Assembly: GCA_965199665.1 (NCBI GenBank)
Contig: OZ241208.1
Location: 3,788,326 to 3,852,325, forward strand
Reading direction: 5' to 3'
DNA length: 64,000 nt
Origin: Acetobacteraceae bacterium
GTDB taxonomy: Bacteria; Pseudomonadota; Alphaproteobacteria; Acetobacterales; Acetobacteraceae
A program made the translations under genes and the position numbers. Shown piece after piece: positions 44,322 to 53,930 of the stretch. The first letter of the stretch is position 1. The number at the start of each line of letters is the position of its first letter. Below the pieces are notes generated by a model. The model was not told the DNA's origin. It searched no databases and was given only the letters and a program-made list of their open reading frames with translations.

Positions 44322-45292
44322 CGCCCTGCTCCCAACGACGGGTCGATCACCGGGCCCCACATGGCCGGGTATGGCGGCGCGATGCCGTGCTTGACGCCCC
44401 ACAGGTACCAATTGTCCACCGCCGTGCCGGTCAGCAGGATGCCGATGCCGCCGCAGATCGGGCACAGGACGGCGAACCACCAGGCCCAGCGATGGATCGA
44501 CTCCGCCGTGGCGCAGAAGCCCATCGTCCAGCGCCAGAACAGCGCGCCGCGCTCAAAGGCGGTGCCGCGGTCGATGATCTGCTCCACTTCGCGCTCCGCG
44601 CCGAACCGGCTGGTCGCCAGCACGGTCGCGCCGTGCATCGCGAACAGCAGCGTGGCCCCGTAGAGGAACACGATGGAGAGCATGTGGAAGGGATTATAGA
44701 ACAGGTTGCCGTAGCGGATGGAGAACGACGCGGTCCAGTCGAGGTGCGGGAAGATGCCGAACGGCACCGCCTCGCTCCAGGAGCCCATCATCAACGGCCG
44801 GATGAAACCCAGCACCAGATACAGCCAGATGGCCGCGGCAAAGGCCCAGGCCACGTGCGTGCCCATGCCGAGCGCCCGTGCCCGAGTGTAGATTCGGGTC
44901 CACCACAGCAGGATGGAGGCGGTCAGGAAGAACCCGGCCATCAGCCACCATCCGCCCTCGGCCAGCGGCGGCATCACCGTCAGCCCCAGCGCCGGCGCCG
45001 GCGGCTCCAGCGCCAGCCATGGCAGCTGGCGCACGAACTGGACGATGTCCCAGTTCACCGACGCCCACATGTTGAGCCCGATGATCTCAAAGGCGATGAA
45101 GCCGCAGATCAGCGACGCCACGCCGGTGATGCCCAGGTAGATCGGCCCGACCTGGGCATCGCCGAGGCGGCCGAACAGGTGCAAGAAGAAAGGGGTGCCC
45201 GTACGCGTCCAGCCGGTCGTTTTGAGCGGCACGCCGGCATATGCCGGGCCGCGGACCTGAACGCGGGTGAAGATGTTCTGATACTGTGCCAT
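44318..45292 (-). CDS. pufM: Reaction centre M subunit
   Basis: [23 protein letters not shown]…GPIYLG…HLDWT…[10 protein letters not shown]…MHGATVL…[12 protein letters not shown] is a canonical PufM. Confidence 0.95.
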   Translation of the reverse strand: MAQYQNIFTRVQVRGPAYAGVPLKTTGWTRTGTPFFLHLFGRLGDAQVGPIYLGITGVASLICGFIAFEIIGLNMWASVNWDIVQFVRQLPWLALEPPAPALGLTVMPPLAEGGWWLMAGFFLTASILLWWTRIYTRARALGMGTHVAWAFAAAIWLYLVLGFIRPLMMGSWSEAVPFGIFPHLDWTASFSIRYGNLFYNPFHMLSIVFLYGATLLFAMHGATVLATSRFGAEREVEQIIDRGTAFERGALFWRWTMGFCATAESIHRWAWWFAVLCPICGGIGILLTGTAVDNWYLWGVKHGIAPPYPAMWGPVIDPSLGAGR

Positions 45293-45339
45293 CGCCCGCT
45301 CCCCTTTCTTCGTTGTTGTTGTGATTGGTGTTGTTCAGC

Positions 45340-46164
45340 TCAGCGCCAGATCGGCAGGTTGAGCCACCAGCCCCACCATTCCGGCCAGCCCCGGGTCCAG
45401 AACGGCCCGCTCAGCACGATGCACACCGCGCTCCAGAACCCGGCCGACAGCGCCAGGAACAAGCCCAGCCGGTGCACGCCCAGCGTGCCGATGGACCAGC
45501 CGATCGTGTCGCGGAAGAAGGTGTTCTCGTGCTCGGCCGTCTTGACCGCCTCGCCCTTCGGCACGTTGGTCGCCGACAGGACCAGCCCGCCATGCATGGA
45601 AAGTGCGAGCACGGTGGTGAAGAAGAAGCTCACCGCCAGCATGTGCGCCGGGTTGTAGTGGAAGTGCAGGTATTGGTAGCCGGTGTTGCTGACCCAATCG
45701 AGGTGGCTGAGGATCCCGTAGGGGAAGCCATGGCCCCAGGCGCCCATCAGCACGGGGCGGATCACCACCAGCGCGATGTAGGCGAACACGGCGGTGCCGA
45801 ACGCGACGGGGACGTGGTAGCCCATGCCGAGCTTGCGCGAGATCTCGGCCTGGCGCAGTGCCCAGGACACGAAGGCGCCGATCGCGCAGACCGTGATGAT
45901 CTGCCACAGGCCGCCTTCCCGCAGCGGCGCGAAGCCGAGGCCGACGGACAGGTCCGGCGGTGGAATGTTGATGCGCCACGGGTTCCAGGTCGGGCCGATC
46001 GCCGCGCCGTAGAAGATCAGCAGCGTTCCGATCACGCTGAAGAAGACGGTCGTGACGCCGAAAAAGCCGACGTAGAACGGGCCGACCCAGAAGTCGAACA
46101 GGTCGCCGCCGACCAGGGTGCCGCCCCGGACGCGGTACTTTTCTTCGAAGCTCAGCATCGCCAT
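45340..46164 (-). CDS. pufL: Reaction centre L subunit
   Basis: ATG at complement 46162-46164 gives [36 protein letters not shown]…[31 protein letters not shown]…MHGGLVLS…TLGVHRLGL. Confidence 0.95.
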   Translation of the reverse strand: MAMLSFEEKYRVRGGTLVGGDLFDFWVGPFYVGFFGVTTVFFSVIGTLLIFYGAAIGPTWNPWRINIPPPDLSVGLGFAPLREGGLWQIITVCAIGAFVSWALRQAEISRKLGMGYHVPVAFGTAVFAYIALVVIRPVLMGAWGHGFPYGILSHLDWVSNTGYQYLHFHYNPAHMLAVSFFFTTVLALSMHGGLVLSATNVPKGEAVKTAEHENTFFRDTIGWSIGTLGVHRLGLFLALSAGFWSAVCIVLSGPFWTRGWPEWWGWWLNLPIWR

Positions 46165-46189
46165 ACGGGCAACCCTTTCGGTGGCGGAA

Positions 46190-46226
46190 GTGGCGGGAGC
46201 GGACGTGGTGCGTCCGTTCCCGCCAC
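46190..46226 (-). promoter_or_regulatory. pufA-pufL intercistronic stem-loop (mRNA stability / partial terminator element)
   Basis: The RNA sense is GUGGCGGGAACGGACG cacca CGUCCGCUCCCGCCAC, with 15 of 16 positions paired and one A.C mismatch. It lies between the pufA stop (46238) and the pufL start (46164), where such hairpins are known in puf operons. Confidence 0.6.
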
Positions 46227-46237
46227 GGGCAGCGTCC

Positions 46238-46471
46238 TTACCGGGGCGCGGGCGCCGGGGTCGGCTGAGACGTCGGCGACGGCATCGCCTGGCCACCGGG
46301 CAGCGGCGTCATCTGCGACGACAGCGCACCGGCGCGGCTGGGGCCCTCGAGCCAGTTGAACCGGCTGGTGCTGAGCAGGATGAAGTGGATCAACAGAGCC
46401 AGCACGAACAGGAAGGTGAACAGCGCGACGAGCGCGCGACGGGGGTCGAAAAGCAGCCATACACGCCACAT
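46238..46471 (-). CDS. pufA: Light-harvesting 1 alpha polypeptide with long Pro/Ser/Thr/Ala-rich C-terminal tail
   Basis: GGAGA precedes ATG (complement 46469-46471). [43 protein letters not shown] is followed by a 34-aa tail. Confidence 0.9.
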   Translation of the reverse strand: MWRVWLLFDPRRALVALFTFLFVLALLIHFILLSTSRFNWLEGPSRAGALSSQMTPLPGGQAMPSPTSQPTPAPAPR

Positions 46472-46482
46472 GATCGTTTCTC

Positions 46483-46707
46483 CTAGGCGAGCAGCGATGT
46501 GGCGGCGTTGACGCCGTCCATCAGCATTGAAGTGACGTAACCGTTCGGCCCGGGCAGCCAGGGGCGCCACAGCCACACCAGAATATGCGCGACCACGGCG
46601 ACGGCGACGAACACGATGAAGCTCGTGACGAAGATGCTGTGGAACTCGCGGGCTTCGGAATCCGTCAGACCCGATGTCGAGCCTGTTCTCAGTTGGACAT
46701 CCGACAT
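46483..46707 (-). CDS. pufB: Light-harvesting 1 beta polypeptide with 23-aa C-terminal extension
   Basis: GGAGGT precedes ATG (complement 46705-46707). Translation: …[61 protein letters not shown]. Confidence 0.9.
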   Translation of the reverse strand: MSDVQLRTGSTSGLTDSEAREFHSIFVTSFIVFVAVAVVAHILVWLWRPWLPGPNGYVTSMLMDGVNAATSLLA

Positions 46708-46734
46708 GTTGGATTTACCTCCGTGTCTGTCGTC

Positions 46735-46755
46735 GCCGCGCTCCCCCCGCGCGGC
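46735..46755 (-). promoter_or_regulatory. Hairpin in the bchZ-pufB spacer
   Basis: GCCGCGC-(7 nt)-GCGCGGC is a 7-bp all-GC stem in the 67-nt spacer between the bchZ stop (46775) and the pufB start (46707). Confidence 0.35.
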
Positions 46756-46774
46756 TGGGGGTCTGGGTGCCGGG

Positions 46775-48226
46775 TCAAGACACCCGTCCCCGCAGTGTGT
46801 GGAGCGTGTGCCGGACGCGGTCGGCGGTGATCCGGCCTTCCTTCGCGTCTCGGGCAGCGCGCTCGACGTGTTCACGCAGCCGCTTGGCTGCCGAAATGCG
46901 GACGATGAAGGGTTCCTGCTCGACATGCTCGTCGAGCAGGGCCGCCGCCGCCTCGTCCCACGGCTCCGCGTTCCAGGCGCTCTGCTGCACCGGCGTCGCG
47001 TCCACTTTGTCCATCTCCGTGCCGAGCGGCAGGATGTGGAAAAGCGCGTCGAACAGGGCGTTGCAGAACTCCTGGGTGATGTAGGTCGCGCCGGCATACC
47101 CCATGTAAGGGGTCCCCGTGGCCCGGCGGATCGCCGCGCCGGGGAACGACGCGGGGATGAACATCGAGCGCCCGCCCGCTTCGGCCGCGTACATCCGCTC
47201 GTTGTAGGAGCCGTAGATGATCAACGGCTTCTTGGTGTGGATCGCCTCGCGCACGGCGGCGTTGTCCGTCTTCTCGCCGGCGGTGCGGCCGAAGTGGAAC
47301 ACGCAGGGTAACCCGAGTTCGCCCTCGAGGAAACCCACCAGCCCATGCTCGTAGGTCCGGTTCGCGACCACGCCAAAGGTGGCGGAGGCGAAGAAGTCCT
47401 GGGTGACGGAGCGCCAGAGGTCCCACACCGGCTTGATGGTGGTGTGCTTCTCGCGCTCGATGAACGGCTCGGCGTCGAGGCCGGTGAGTTCGGCGATCTT
47501 GCGCAGGAAGTTGGTGGTCGCGTGCAGCCCGATCGGCGCCTGGAGGTAGGGCTTGCCCAACTCCTCGCAGAGCATGCGGCCAAATTCGCGGTAGAGGCAG
47601 ATGTTGATGTCGGCTTGGGCGAGCTGTGACACCTCGTCCAGATGCGACCCGAGCGGGAAAACCAAGTTGACGGTGCAGCCAATGCCTTCGACCAGGCGGC
47701 GGATCTCGGCCAGGTCGGACGGCATGTTGAACGTGCCGTACATCGGACCGATCAGGTTGACGCGCGGGGCATCGCCTTCCTTGCGGACGTATTTGCGCGC
47801 GCGCTTGGCGCCGAACTCGGTCCAGAGCCAATACAGCGCGCGGTCGGCGCACTGCCACTGGTCTTCGTCGATGGTGCGCGGAATGAAACGCAGCAGGTTG
47901 CTGCCCTCGGGCGTCACGCCGCCGCCGATCATCTCAGCGATGGAGCCGGTGACGACCACGCCGGGCAGTTCCTGATCCTGGCTGCCGGCAGCCCGGCTCA
48001 GCGCGCCTTCGGTGCCGGTGCTCGACAGGTTCTCTTCCGACAGCCCGGTGACTACGACCGGCAATTCGTGCGGCGGCAGTCCGTCGGTGTAGTGCAGCAC
48101 CGCCGTGACCGGCAGGTTCTCGCAGCCGACCGGCCCGTCGATGACGACGCGGAGCCCGCGGATGGCGGTGAACGCATAGACGGCACCCCAGTAGCCGCCG
48201 GCGCGATCGTGGTCGATGACGAGCAT
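46775..48226 (-). CDS. bchZ: Chlorophyllide a reductase subunit Z
   Basis: [48 protein letters not shown]… The ATG (48224-48226) overlaps the bchY TGA (48226-48228) by 1 nt (TGATG). The upstream 145 codons of the ORF are an alternate frame of bchY. Confidence 0.95.
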   Translation of the reverse strand: MLVIDHDRAGGYWGAVYAFTAIRGLRVVIDGPVGCENLPVTAVLHYTDGLPPHELPVVVTGLSEENLSSTGTEGALSRAAGSQDQELPGVVVTGSIAEMIGGGVTPEGSNLLRFIPRTIDEDQWQCADRALYWLWTEFGAKRARKYVRKEGDAPRVNLIGPMYGTFNMPSDLAEIRRLVEGIGCTVNLVFPLGSHLDEVSQLAQADINICLYREFGRMLCEELGKPYLQAPIGLHATTNFLRKIAELTGLDAEPFIEREKHTTIKPVWDLWRSVTQDFFASATFGVVANRTYEHGLVGFLEGELGLPCVFHFGRTAGEKTDNAAVREAIHTKKPLIIYGSYNERMYAAEAGGRSMFIPASFPGAAIRRATGTPYMGYAGATYITQEFCNALFDALFHILPLGTEMDKVDATPVQQSAWNAEPWDEAAAALLDEHVEQEPFIVRISAAKRLREHVERAARDAKEGRITADRVRHTLHTLRGRVS

Positions 48227-49716
48227 CAGGTGCCCACCGCGGATTCGGACTTCACCTTGGCCGCCCGCATCTTGCGCTGCCGATCGCGGAAGCCGGCGGG
48301 CTCGGTCGGCACGCCCGTGGTGCCATAACCGGCCGTCTCGGGCGTGCCGACGCCCTGGAAGAACGACACCATGCGGGCGAAGCGCGGTGCGCTGCCGATC
48401 TGCGCGGCCACGATCGCGGCCAGCGACCCGGCGCCCGCGGCGCCGAACAGCGGCCGGGCGGAGACCATGTTGGTGTAATAGAGCGCCGGGATGCCCATTT
48501 CCTTGGCCTTCTGCACCAAAGGCGTGGTGCCGACGGCGAGGTCGGGCTTCACTTCGAGCATCGCCTGCACGTCCTGCTCGAGCGAGGCGCGAAATTGCAC
48601 ATGCGTGCCGCGGGCTTCGAGCCAATCGAGATCGGCCTGCGCCCATTCGGTCTTCGGGCAAGCGGTGCCGACATACGGTACTTCGGCGCCGGCCTCGATG
48701 AGCAGGCGCGCCGTCAGCAACTCGGAGCCCTCATAGCCGGAGAGCGTAATGCGGTTGCGGATCGGGTTGGCCTCGAGCGCGGCGCGGATCGCCGGCAGGG
48801 CGCGGGCCCGGGCGGCATCACGCTTCTCGAACGACACGCCAGCCGCAAGACCGATGTTCTCGAGCCACGCTTCGGTGCCTTCGAGCCCGACCGGGCCGGA
48901 GCCCACGATCGGACGGCCGGCGACGGCGAACTCGCGGATCGACGCTGTATAGAAAGGATGCACGGCACCGACGACGGCGCAGTCCAGCGCGCCGTACAGG
49001 TCGCGCCATTCGCGCGCCGGGGTCGGCGGAGCGAGCGCGAGGCCCATCGGGGCCAGCATCGCGCCGATGCCCGGCGGGTCCGCAGGGAAAATCTCGCCGA
49101 GCAGCGCCACGGTCGGCAGATCGGTGCCATTCCGCGGGCGGGCGACGGGGCCCTGTTCGGCTTCCAGACGGGCGAAGCGCAGCATGGCGCCGGCCAGCAC
49201 GTCCTTGGCTTCCGCATGGGTCGGCACGCCGAAGCCCGGCACGTCGATCCCGATCACGCGCACGCCGTCGATCTGCTTGGGCAACCGGTCCAACGGCACG
49301 CCCGACGCGGTCGGCACGCACAGATTGATGACCACGATCGCGTCAAGGTCGGCCGGCTTGGCCAAGGCATAGACGGCGTCGCGGATGTCCTCGTAGAGCT
49401 GGCCACGCACCAGCGTCTCGGAGTTGAACGGCACGTAGCCGACGGTCCGACGCGCGCCGTAAAAGTGCGACGTGAAGGTCAGCCCGTAAACGCAGCAGGC
49501 CGACCCGCACAGGATCATCGCAACCCGGCGCATCCGCAACCCGACGCGCAGCGAGCCAAAGGCCGGGCACATCGATTGCGGCTGATCGTGCGGTCCCTGC
49601 GGATAGTCGGAGGCCAGCCGCTCGAGCACGGCGGTTTTGCCGGCCGACCGCGCCGCCGTCAGCATGGTCTCGCGACCCGCGTGGCAACTACCGGTGCTGG
49701 GAGGCAGCGAATCCAT
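48226..49716 (-). CDS. bchY: Chlorophyllide a reductase subunit Y
   Basis: The start is taken at ATG (complement 49714-49716), 4 nt after the bchX stop. [16 protein letters not shown]…[19 protein letters not shown]…[21 protein letters not shown] is typical BchY. Confidence 0.9.
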   Translation of the reverse strand: MDSLPPSTGSCHAGRETMLTAARSAGKTAVLERLASDYPQGPHDQPQSMCPAFGSLRVGLRMRRVAMILCGSACCVYGLTFTSHFYGARRTVGYVPFNSETLVRGQLYEDIRDAVYALAKPADLDAIVVINLCVPTASGVPLDRLPKQIDGVRVIGIDVPGFGVPTHAEAKDVLAGAMLRFARLEAEQGPVARPRNGTDLPTVALLGEIFPADPPGIGAMLAPMGLALAPPTPAREWRDLYGALDCAVVGAVHPFYTASIREFAVAGRPIVGSGPVGLEGTEAWLENIGLAAGVSFEKRDAARARALPAIRAALEANPIRNRITLSGYEGSELLTARLLIEAGAEVPYVGTACPKTEWAQADLDWLEARGTHVQFRASLEQDVQAMLEVKPDLAVGTTPLVQKAKEMGIPALYYTNMVSARPLFGAAGAGSLAAIVAAQIGSAPRFARMVSFFQGVGTPETAGYGTTGVPTEPAGFRDRQRKMRAAKVKSESAVGT

Positions 49717-49720
49717 CAGC

Positions 49721-50755
49721 CTATACGCCCTCGTAGACCACTTCGAGGGACGGACGAACGAGCCGGACATCGGCGCACATATCGGCCTCGGTGGCGGGTA
49801 TCAGCGTGTAGCCACGGCCGACGGCCTCGCCCTTGAACAGGCCGAGCAGCCCATCTTGCGTGAGCGGGGTCGGGCGCAGCGGCGGGGCGGTCGCGACCTG
49901 CTCGGCGAGGTCTTCGAACACAGAAGCCCACTCACCGCCGGGTCGGCCGACGATCTCGTAATTGGCGGATTTGCGCCGGATGTCCTCGTTGGCTGGGATC
50001 GCGGCCAGGACGGGAATGCCGGCGGCGGCGGCGAAGGCCTGGGCCTCACCAGTGCCGTCATCCTTGTTGATGACCAGGCCGGCCACGCCGACATTGCCGC
50101 CCATCTTGCGGAAGTATTCGACCGCCGAGCAGACGTTGTTGGCGACATAGAGCGACTGCAGGTCGTTGGAGCCGACGACGATCACCTTCTGGCACATGTC
50201 CCGCGCGATCGGCAGGCCGAACCCGCCGCACACGACGTCGCCGAGGAAGTCGAGCAGCACGTAATCGAAGCCCCAATCGTGGAAGCCGAGCTTCTCCAGC
50301 AATTCGAAGCCGTGGATGATGCCGCGCCCGCCGCAGCCGCGGCCGACCTCGGGACCACCGAGCTCCATGGCGTAGACGCCGTCGCGGATGAAGCAGACGT
50401 CCGAGATGGTGACCTTCTCGCCGGACGCTTTCTTCTTGGACGAGGTCTCGATGATGGTCGGGCAGGAGCGGCCGCCGAACAGCAACGACGTGGTGTCGCT
50501 CTTGGGGTCGCAGCCGATGAGCAGGACGCGCTTGCCCTGCTGGGCCATCATGTAGCTGAGGTTGGCGAGGGTGAAGCTCTTGCCGATGCCGCCCTTGCCG
50601 TAGATGGCGATGACCTGGGTCTCTTTCTTGACCGGGCCGGTCGGCACCGCGTCGGGCTCGATGGCCGCTTCGGCGCGGAGCGCCGTGACCTGATCTTGCG
50701 GCTCCGCCGCGGACCGTAGGGCGTCCGTCATTGCGTTGGGCGTGATGGCGTTCAT
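49721..50755 (-). CDS. bchX: Chlorophyllide a reductase iron protein subunit X
   Basis: ATGA overlap with the bchC stop. The NifH/BchL-like P-loop is [12 protein letters not shown], with CDPKSDTT and the cluster cysteines in GRGCGGRG / VCGGFG. Confidence 0.95.
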   Translation of the reverse strand: MNAITPNAMTDALRSAAEPQDQVTALRAEAAIEPDAVPTGPVKKETQVIAIYGKGGIGKSFTLANLSYMMAQQGKRVLLIGCDPKSDTTSLLFGGRSCPTIIETSSKKKASGEKVTISDVCFIRDGVYAMELGGPEVGRGCGGRGIIHGFELLEKLGFHDWGFDYVLLDFLGDVVCGGFGLPIARDMCQKVIVVGSNDLQSLYVANNVCSAVEYFRKMGGNVGVAGLVINKDDGTGEAQAFAAAAGIPVLAAIPANEDIRRKSANYEIVGRPGGEWASVFEDLAEQVATAPPLRPTPLTQDGLLGLFKGEAVGRGYTLIPATEADMCADVRLVRPSLEVVYEGV

Positions 50756-51666
50756 GCGCGGCTCCAATCCAGGACCATCTTCAAGCAGTCCGCGTCGGTG
50801 AAGGCGGTGCGATACGCATCGGGCGCATCGCGTGCCGGGGCTTGATGGCTGATCAGCCCGGCCAGGCTCAGCGCACCGGATGCGGCGAGGTCGCGCACGG
50901 CGACGAGGTCGGCGGGCTGCCATTGCGCCGCGATGCGGAAGCGGGCTTCGCGCATGAAGGCGGGCGGGAAGGCGAAGGAAGGGCGGTCGGAATAGAAGCC
51001 GGCCAGCACGATCTCGCCGCCGGGGGCGAGACGCAGGATCAAGGCGTCCAGCAGCCCGGCATCGCCGGACGCATCGAGGATGACGCGGTAGTCGCGGCGC
51101 GGATCGCTCGCCGGGTCGAGCACGGCGTAGCCGGTCGCGCCGGCGGCGCGGGTCGGGTTGCGCTCCCACACCGTGGGCGAACCACCTGCGAGCACGACCA
51201 GGCGGGCCAGCAACCGGCCGAGCGCACCATGCCCGACGATCAGCTCTGGAAGCGCGTGACCGACCAGCGCGTGTTGCGCGGTCGCGGCCAGCGCGAGAAG
51301 AGTGCCATCGGCCCCGAGCCCCTCGCCGAGCGACAATGCCCGAACCGACGGCACGACGACGCGGGAAGCAGCGGCCCCGAACAGGCCGTGCACCGGGCCG
51401 AAGCAGCGGGCGCCGGGCACGAAGACCCGCTCGCCGTCGCGCGCCCCGCCGCGGATGCGGCCGACCGACTCGTAGCCCGGCACCAGCGGGTAGCCCATGC
51501 CCGGGAAAGGCGGCATGGCGCCGGACCAGAGCAGGCGCTCGGTGCCGGCGCTGATCCCGCTCCACTCGATCTCGACGAGCACGTCGTCGGCGGTCGCGGC
51601 ATCCAGCACGAGCGAGCGGAGGCTCAACTCATGCGGTGCATTCAAAACGACTGCCAGAGCGTCCAC
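50752..51666 (-). CDS. bchC: Bacteriochlorophyllide a dehydrogenase (3-hydroxyethyl)
   Basis: GTG start (complement 51664-51666). It is a zinc-ADH-like fold with …[39 protein letters not shown]…. Its position directly upstream of bchXYZ fits. Confidence 0.9.
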   Translation of the reverse strand: MDALAVVLNAPHELSLRSLVLDAATADDVLVEIEWSGISAGTERLLWSGAMPPFPGMGYPLVPGYESVGRIRGGARDGERVFVPGARCFGPVHGLFGAAASRVVVPSVRALSLGEGLGADGTLLALAATAQHALVGHALPELIVGHGALGRLLARLVVLAGGSPTVWERNPTRAAGATGYAVLDPASDPRRDYRVILDASGDAGLLDALILRLAPGGEIVLAGFYSDRPSFAFPPAFMREARFRIAAQWQPADLVAVRDLAASGALSLAGLISHQAPARDAPDAYRTAFTDADCLKMVLDWSRA

Positions 51667-51705
51667 GCGCCGTTATCCCCCAAAACCCGCCATTGTGGCG
51701 CGATG

Positions 51706-51749
51706 TGTCAGCCTAGGCTGACTATGACGGTTGTCAACGATCATTTACA
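51706..51749. promoter_or_regulatory. Pair of PpsR/CrtJ-type operator sites in the bchC promoter region
   Basis: Site 2 (51732-51749), TGTCAACGATCATTTACA, is a perfect TGT-N12-ACA. Site 1 (51706-51723), TGTCAGCCTAGGCTGACT, has a near-perfect palindromic core but ACT instead of ACA. The two sites are 8 bp apart, 40-83 nt upstream of the bchC start. Confidence 0.55.
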
Positions 51750-51758
51750 CTCGCCCGG

Positions 51759-52838
51759 TCACGGCTGGGCAATTAGTAGGCTGGTGAGGAGCGGATTGCT
51801 GGTCCGCACCGGCCGCACGCGGCTGAACCCGGCGGTCCCGAGCATGGCCGTCAACTCGGATTGACGCCGCGGCCGGCCGCTGCCCAACGCGAGCAGGTAG
51901 AGCGTGAAATACGCGCCGACGGGCTCGGCGCCGGGCGCGTCCAGCATCGGCTCCGCGAGCAGCAGCGTGCCGTCGGCGGGCGTGGCGGCGCGGGCGGCAC
52001 GCAGGATCGCCAGCGCGGACTCGTCGTCGTGATCGTGGATCACGCGGATCAGGGTGAGCAGGTCTGCGCCCGCCGGCAGCTCGTCGCGCCGCATGTCGCC
52101 GCCGGTGGCAATCACGCGATGGCCGAGCCGGTGCGCCGCGCGGGCGGCGACCTCCGGCAGGTCGAACAGGCGGAGCTGCAGCTGGGGCGCCCGGGCGGCG
52201 GCCTGCTCGAGAAAGGCGCCCTCGCCGCCGCCGATGTCGAGCAGGCAGCGGTGGCGGCCGACATCAAAGGCGGCCAGGATCTCCGCGGCCACCAGGGGCT
52301 GCGACTGGGCCATGAGCTGCGAGTAGGCGGCCACGTCGGCGCCGGGCAGGGACGCCGGGTCGCCGGCGGCGCCGTATGGCCAGAAGGCGGCCAGGCCGGT
52401 GCCGCCGCGGTCCCCGCGGAACAGGGCCACCGGGTCGGCGAGGTCGCGGTAAAGAATGGCGTGGTGGCGGACCATGGCGGTCACGCCGTCATTGCCGACC
52501 ATGGCGGCGCCGAGCGGGCCGAGCGCGTAGGCCGCCCCTCGCCGCCGCAGCAGCTTGAGCCCGGTCGCCGCCTCGCACAGCCGCTCGGCCCGGTCGGGCG
52601 TGAGGCCGAGCCGCGGCGCCAGCGCGGCCGGGGTCTGCGGGCGTTCGTGCAGGATCGCGAACAGGTCGAGCTCGACGCAGCTCTGCAGCACCTGCGAGTA
52701 GGCGAACCCGGCGCACAGATCGAACAACGCCCGCGACCGCCGCCGCGCGATCGGGCGGGTGAGCGGAAAGCGCGCGGCCCAGGCGCGAAACACCGGGCTG
52801 GCCACCGTGCGGTCGCGCCAGGCCGTGATCCGCCCCAA
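51759..52838 (-). CDS. crtF: Demethylspheroidene/hydroxyneurosporene O-methyltransferase
   Basis: …WRDRTVASPVFRAWAARFPLTRPIARRRSRALFDLCAGFAYSQVL…LLDIGGGEGAF… (SAM motif). The start is taken at TTG (complement 52836-52838), preceded by GGAGGGAGAGG. The ORF-track GTG at 52919 lies inside a palindromic repeat element, so the start is uncertain. Confidence 0.8.
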   Translation of the reverse strand: MGRITAWRDRTVASPVFRAWAARFPLTRPIARRRSRALFDLCAGFAYSQVLQSCVELDLFAILHERPQTPAALAPRLGLTPDRAERLCEAATGLKLLRRRGAAYALGPLGAAMVGNDGVTAMVRHHAILYRDLADPVALFRGDRGGTGLAAFWPYGAAGDPASLPGADVAAYSQLMAQSQPLVAAEILAAFDVGRHRCLLDIGGGEGAFLEQAAARAPQLQLRLFDLPEVAARAAHRLGHRVIATGGDMRRDELPAGADLLTLIRVIHDHDDESALAILRAARAATPADGTLLLAEPMLDAPGAEPVGAYFTLYLLALGSGRPRRQSELTAMLGTAGFSRVRPVRTSNPLLTSLLIAQP

Positions 52839-52840
52839 GA

Positions 52841-52947
52841 CCCCCTCTCCCTCCGGACGAGGGTTGGGTGAGGGTCTGGCCCCCGGGGCGAAGCTCGGCT
52901 CCGGCGAAAGCACCCTCACCCCGGCCCTCTCCCGGGGGGAAAGGGAG
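52841..52947. repeat. Imperfect palindromic intergenic element (REP/MITE-like) in the crtE-crtF spacer
   Basis: The left arm is cccctctccctccggacgagggttgggtgagggt. The reverse complement of the right arm is ctccctttccccccgggagagggccggggtgagggt. These ~35-bp arms are similar and separated by ~35 bp. It contains the CCCTCTCCCGG core also seen at 39386-39396. Confidence 0.4.
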
Positions 52948-52968
52948 CGCGAGCGGGGAAGAGCCGTA

Positions 52969-53838
52969 TCACGCCGCCGTCCGGGCCAGTTCCTGCGGGA
53001 TGAGGCGCAGCGTCTCGGAACGGATGTGGCTGCGCAGCGCGCTCTGGCCGGGGCACGGCGGCACGGCGGCCACCGCGTCTTCCGCCAGGTGCCTCAGGTG
53101 CGCGATCGCGCCGTCGAGGCCGAAGGCGCGGACCGCGCTCGGGCGGGCATGGGCCAGGTCCTGCCCGACCGGCTTGCCGAGCGTGGCGGCGTCGCCGGTG
53201 GCATCGAGGATATCGTCGGCGACCTGGAACGCCTCGCCCAGCGCGTCGCCCAGCGCCCGCCACGGCTCGCCGGCTGCGCCAGCCGCCACGGCGCCCGATA
53301 CGGTGGCGGCCGCGAACAAGGCGCCCGTCTTCTCGCGCTGATACTGCGCCAGGTCGGCCGCCGGCTCGCACTCCCAGGCCTGGCCGGCGACGATCCCGCA
53401 GGGCACGCCCACCGACTGGCCGAGCACCAGCACCAACGGGCCGAGGCGGAGCGGCATCGTCGCCGCGCCGGTCGCCAGCGTCTGGTACGCCAGCACGATC
53501 AGCGCGTCGCCCGCCAGCACGGCAAGCGGCTCGCCGAACGCCCGGTGCACGCTGGGGCGGCCGCGGCGGGTGGCCGCGTCGTCGAAGCAGGGAAGGTCGT
53601 CATGCACCAGCGAGGCGCAGTGCATCAGCTCGATGGCGATGGCCGCCGCGTCCGCCACGGCGGGGGCGTCGTCGCCACAGGCCGCGGCCACGGCCAGCGT
53701 CAGGCGCGGGCGGATGCGGGCCCCGCGCGGGAACACGGCGTGGTGCATGGCTTCGCCCAATCGAGGGGGACAGCCTGGATGGCCGGTGCGGCCCAGGGAT
53801 GCTGCGAGCGCTCGCTCGATCCGCGTCATGACGTCCAT
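52969..53838 (-). CDS. crtE: Geranylgeranyl diphosphate synthase
   Basis: The FARM-type motif is LVHDDLPCFDD and the second Asp-rich motif is FQVADDILD. ATG 53838 (MDVMTRIER), preceded by AGAGGGGG, is preferred. The ORF-track TTG at 53862 would sit on the putative operator. Confidence 0.9.
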   Translation of the reverse strand: MDVMTRIERALAASLGRTGHPGCPPRLGEAMHHAVFPRGARIRPRLTLAVAAACGDDAPAVADAAAIAIELMHCASLVHDDLPCFDDAATRRGRPSVHRAFGEPLAVLAGDALIVLAYQTLATGAATMPLRLGPLVLVLGQSVGVPCGIVAGQAWECEPAADLAQYQREKTGALFAAATVSGAVAAGAAGEPWRALGDALGEAFQVADDILDATGDAATLGKPVGQDLAHARPSAVRAFGLDGAIAHLRHLAEDAVAAVPPCPGQSALRSHIRSETLRLIPQELARTAA

Positions 53839-53856
53839 CACGCCCCCTCTTGGTTG

Positions 53857-53900
53857 TGTCAACTTTGTTTGTCTGCGATGACTGTCATCCTAACCTGACA
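53857..53900. promoter_or_regulatory. Pair of PpsR/CrtJ-type sites in the divergent crtE / crtD promoter region
   Basis: Site B (53883-53900), TGTCATCCTAACCTGACA, is a perfect TGT-N12-ACA with TGTCA/TGACA ends. Site A (53857-53874), TGTCAACTTTGTTTGTCT, is degenerate (TCT). Again the sites are exactly 8 bp apart. Confidence 0.5.
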
Positions 53901-53930
53901 CAGGGGTCAAGCATTCCTTTCGGCGGGCGC

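Noticed and set aside
45658-45660. Checked PufL for the His-L168 to Glu substitution that I recall being linked to Zn-BChl-containing Acidiphilium
   Set aside because: The sequence reads [10 protein letters not shown], so His is retained at the L168-equivalent position, assuming no indels relative to Rhodobacter numbering. There is no evidence for that signature.
46708-46774. Looked for pufQ between bchZ and pufB, and for pufX after pufM
   Set aside because: The bchZ-pufB spacer is only 67 nt and contains a hairpin, not an ORF. pufM is followed directly by pufC with an ATGA overlap. Both genes are absent rather than missed.
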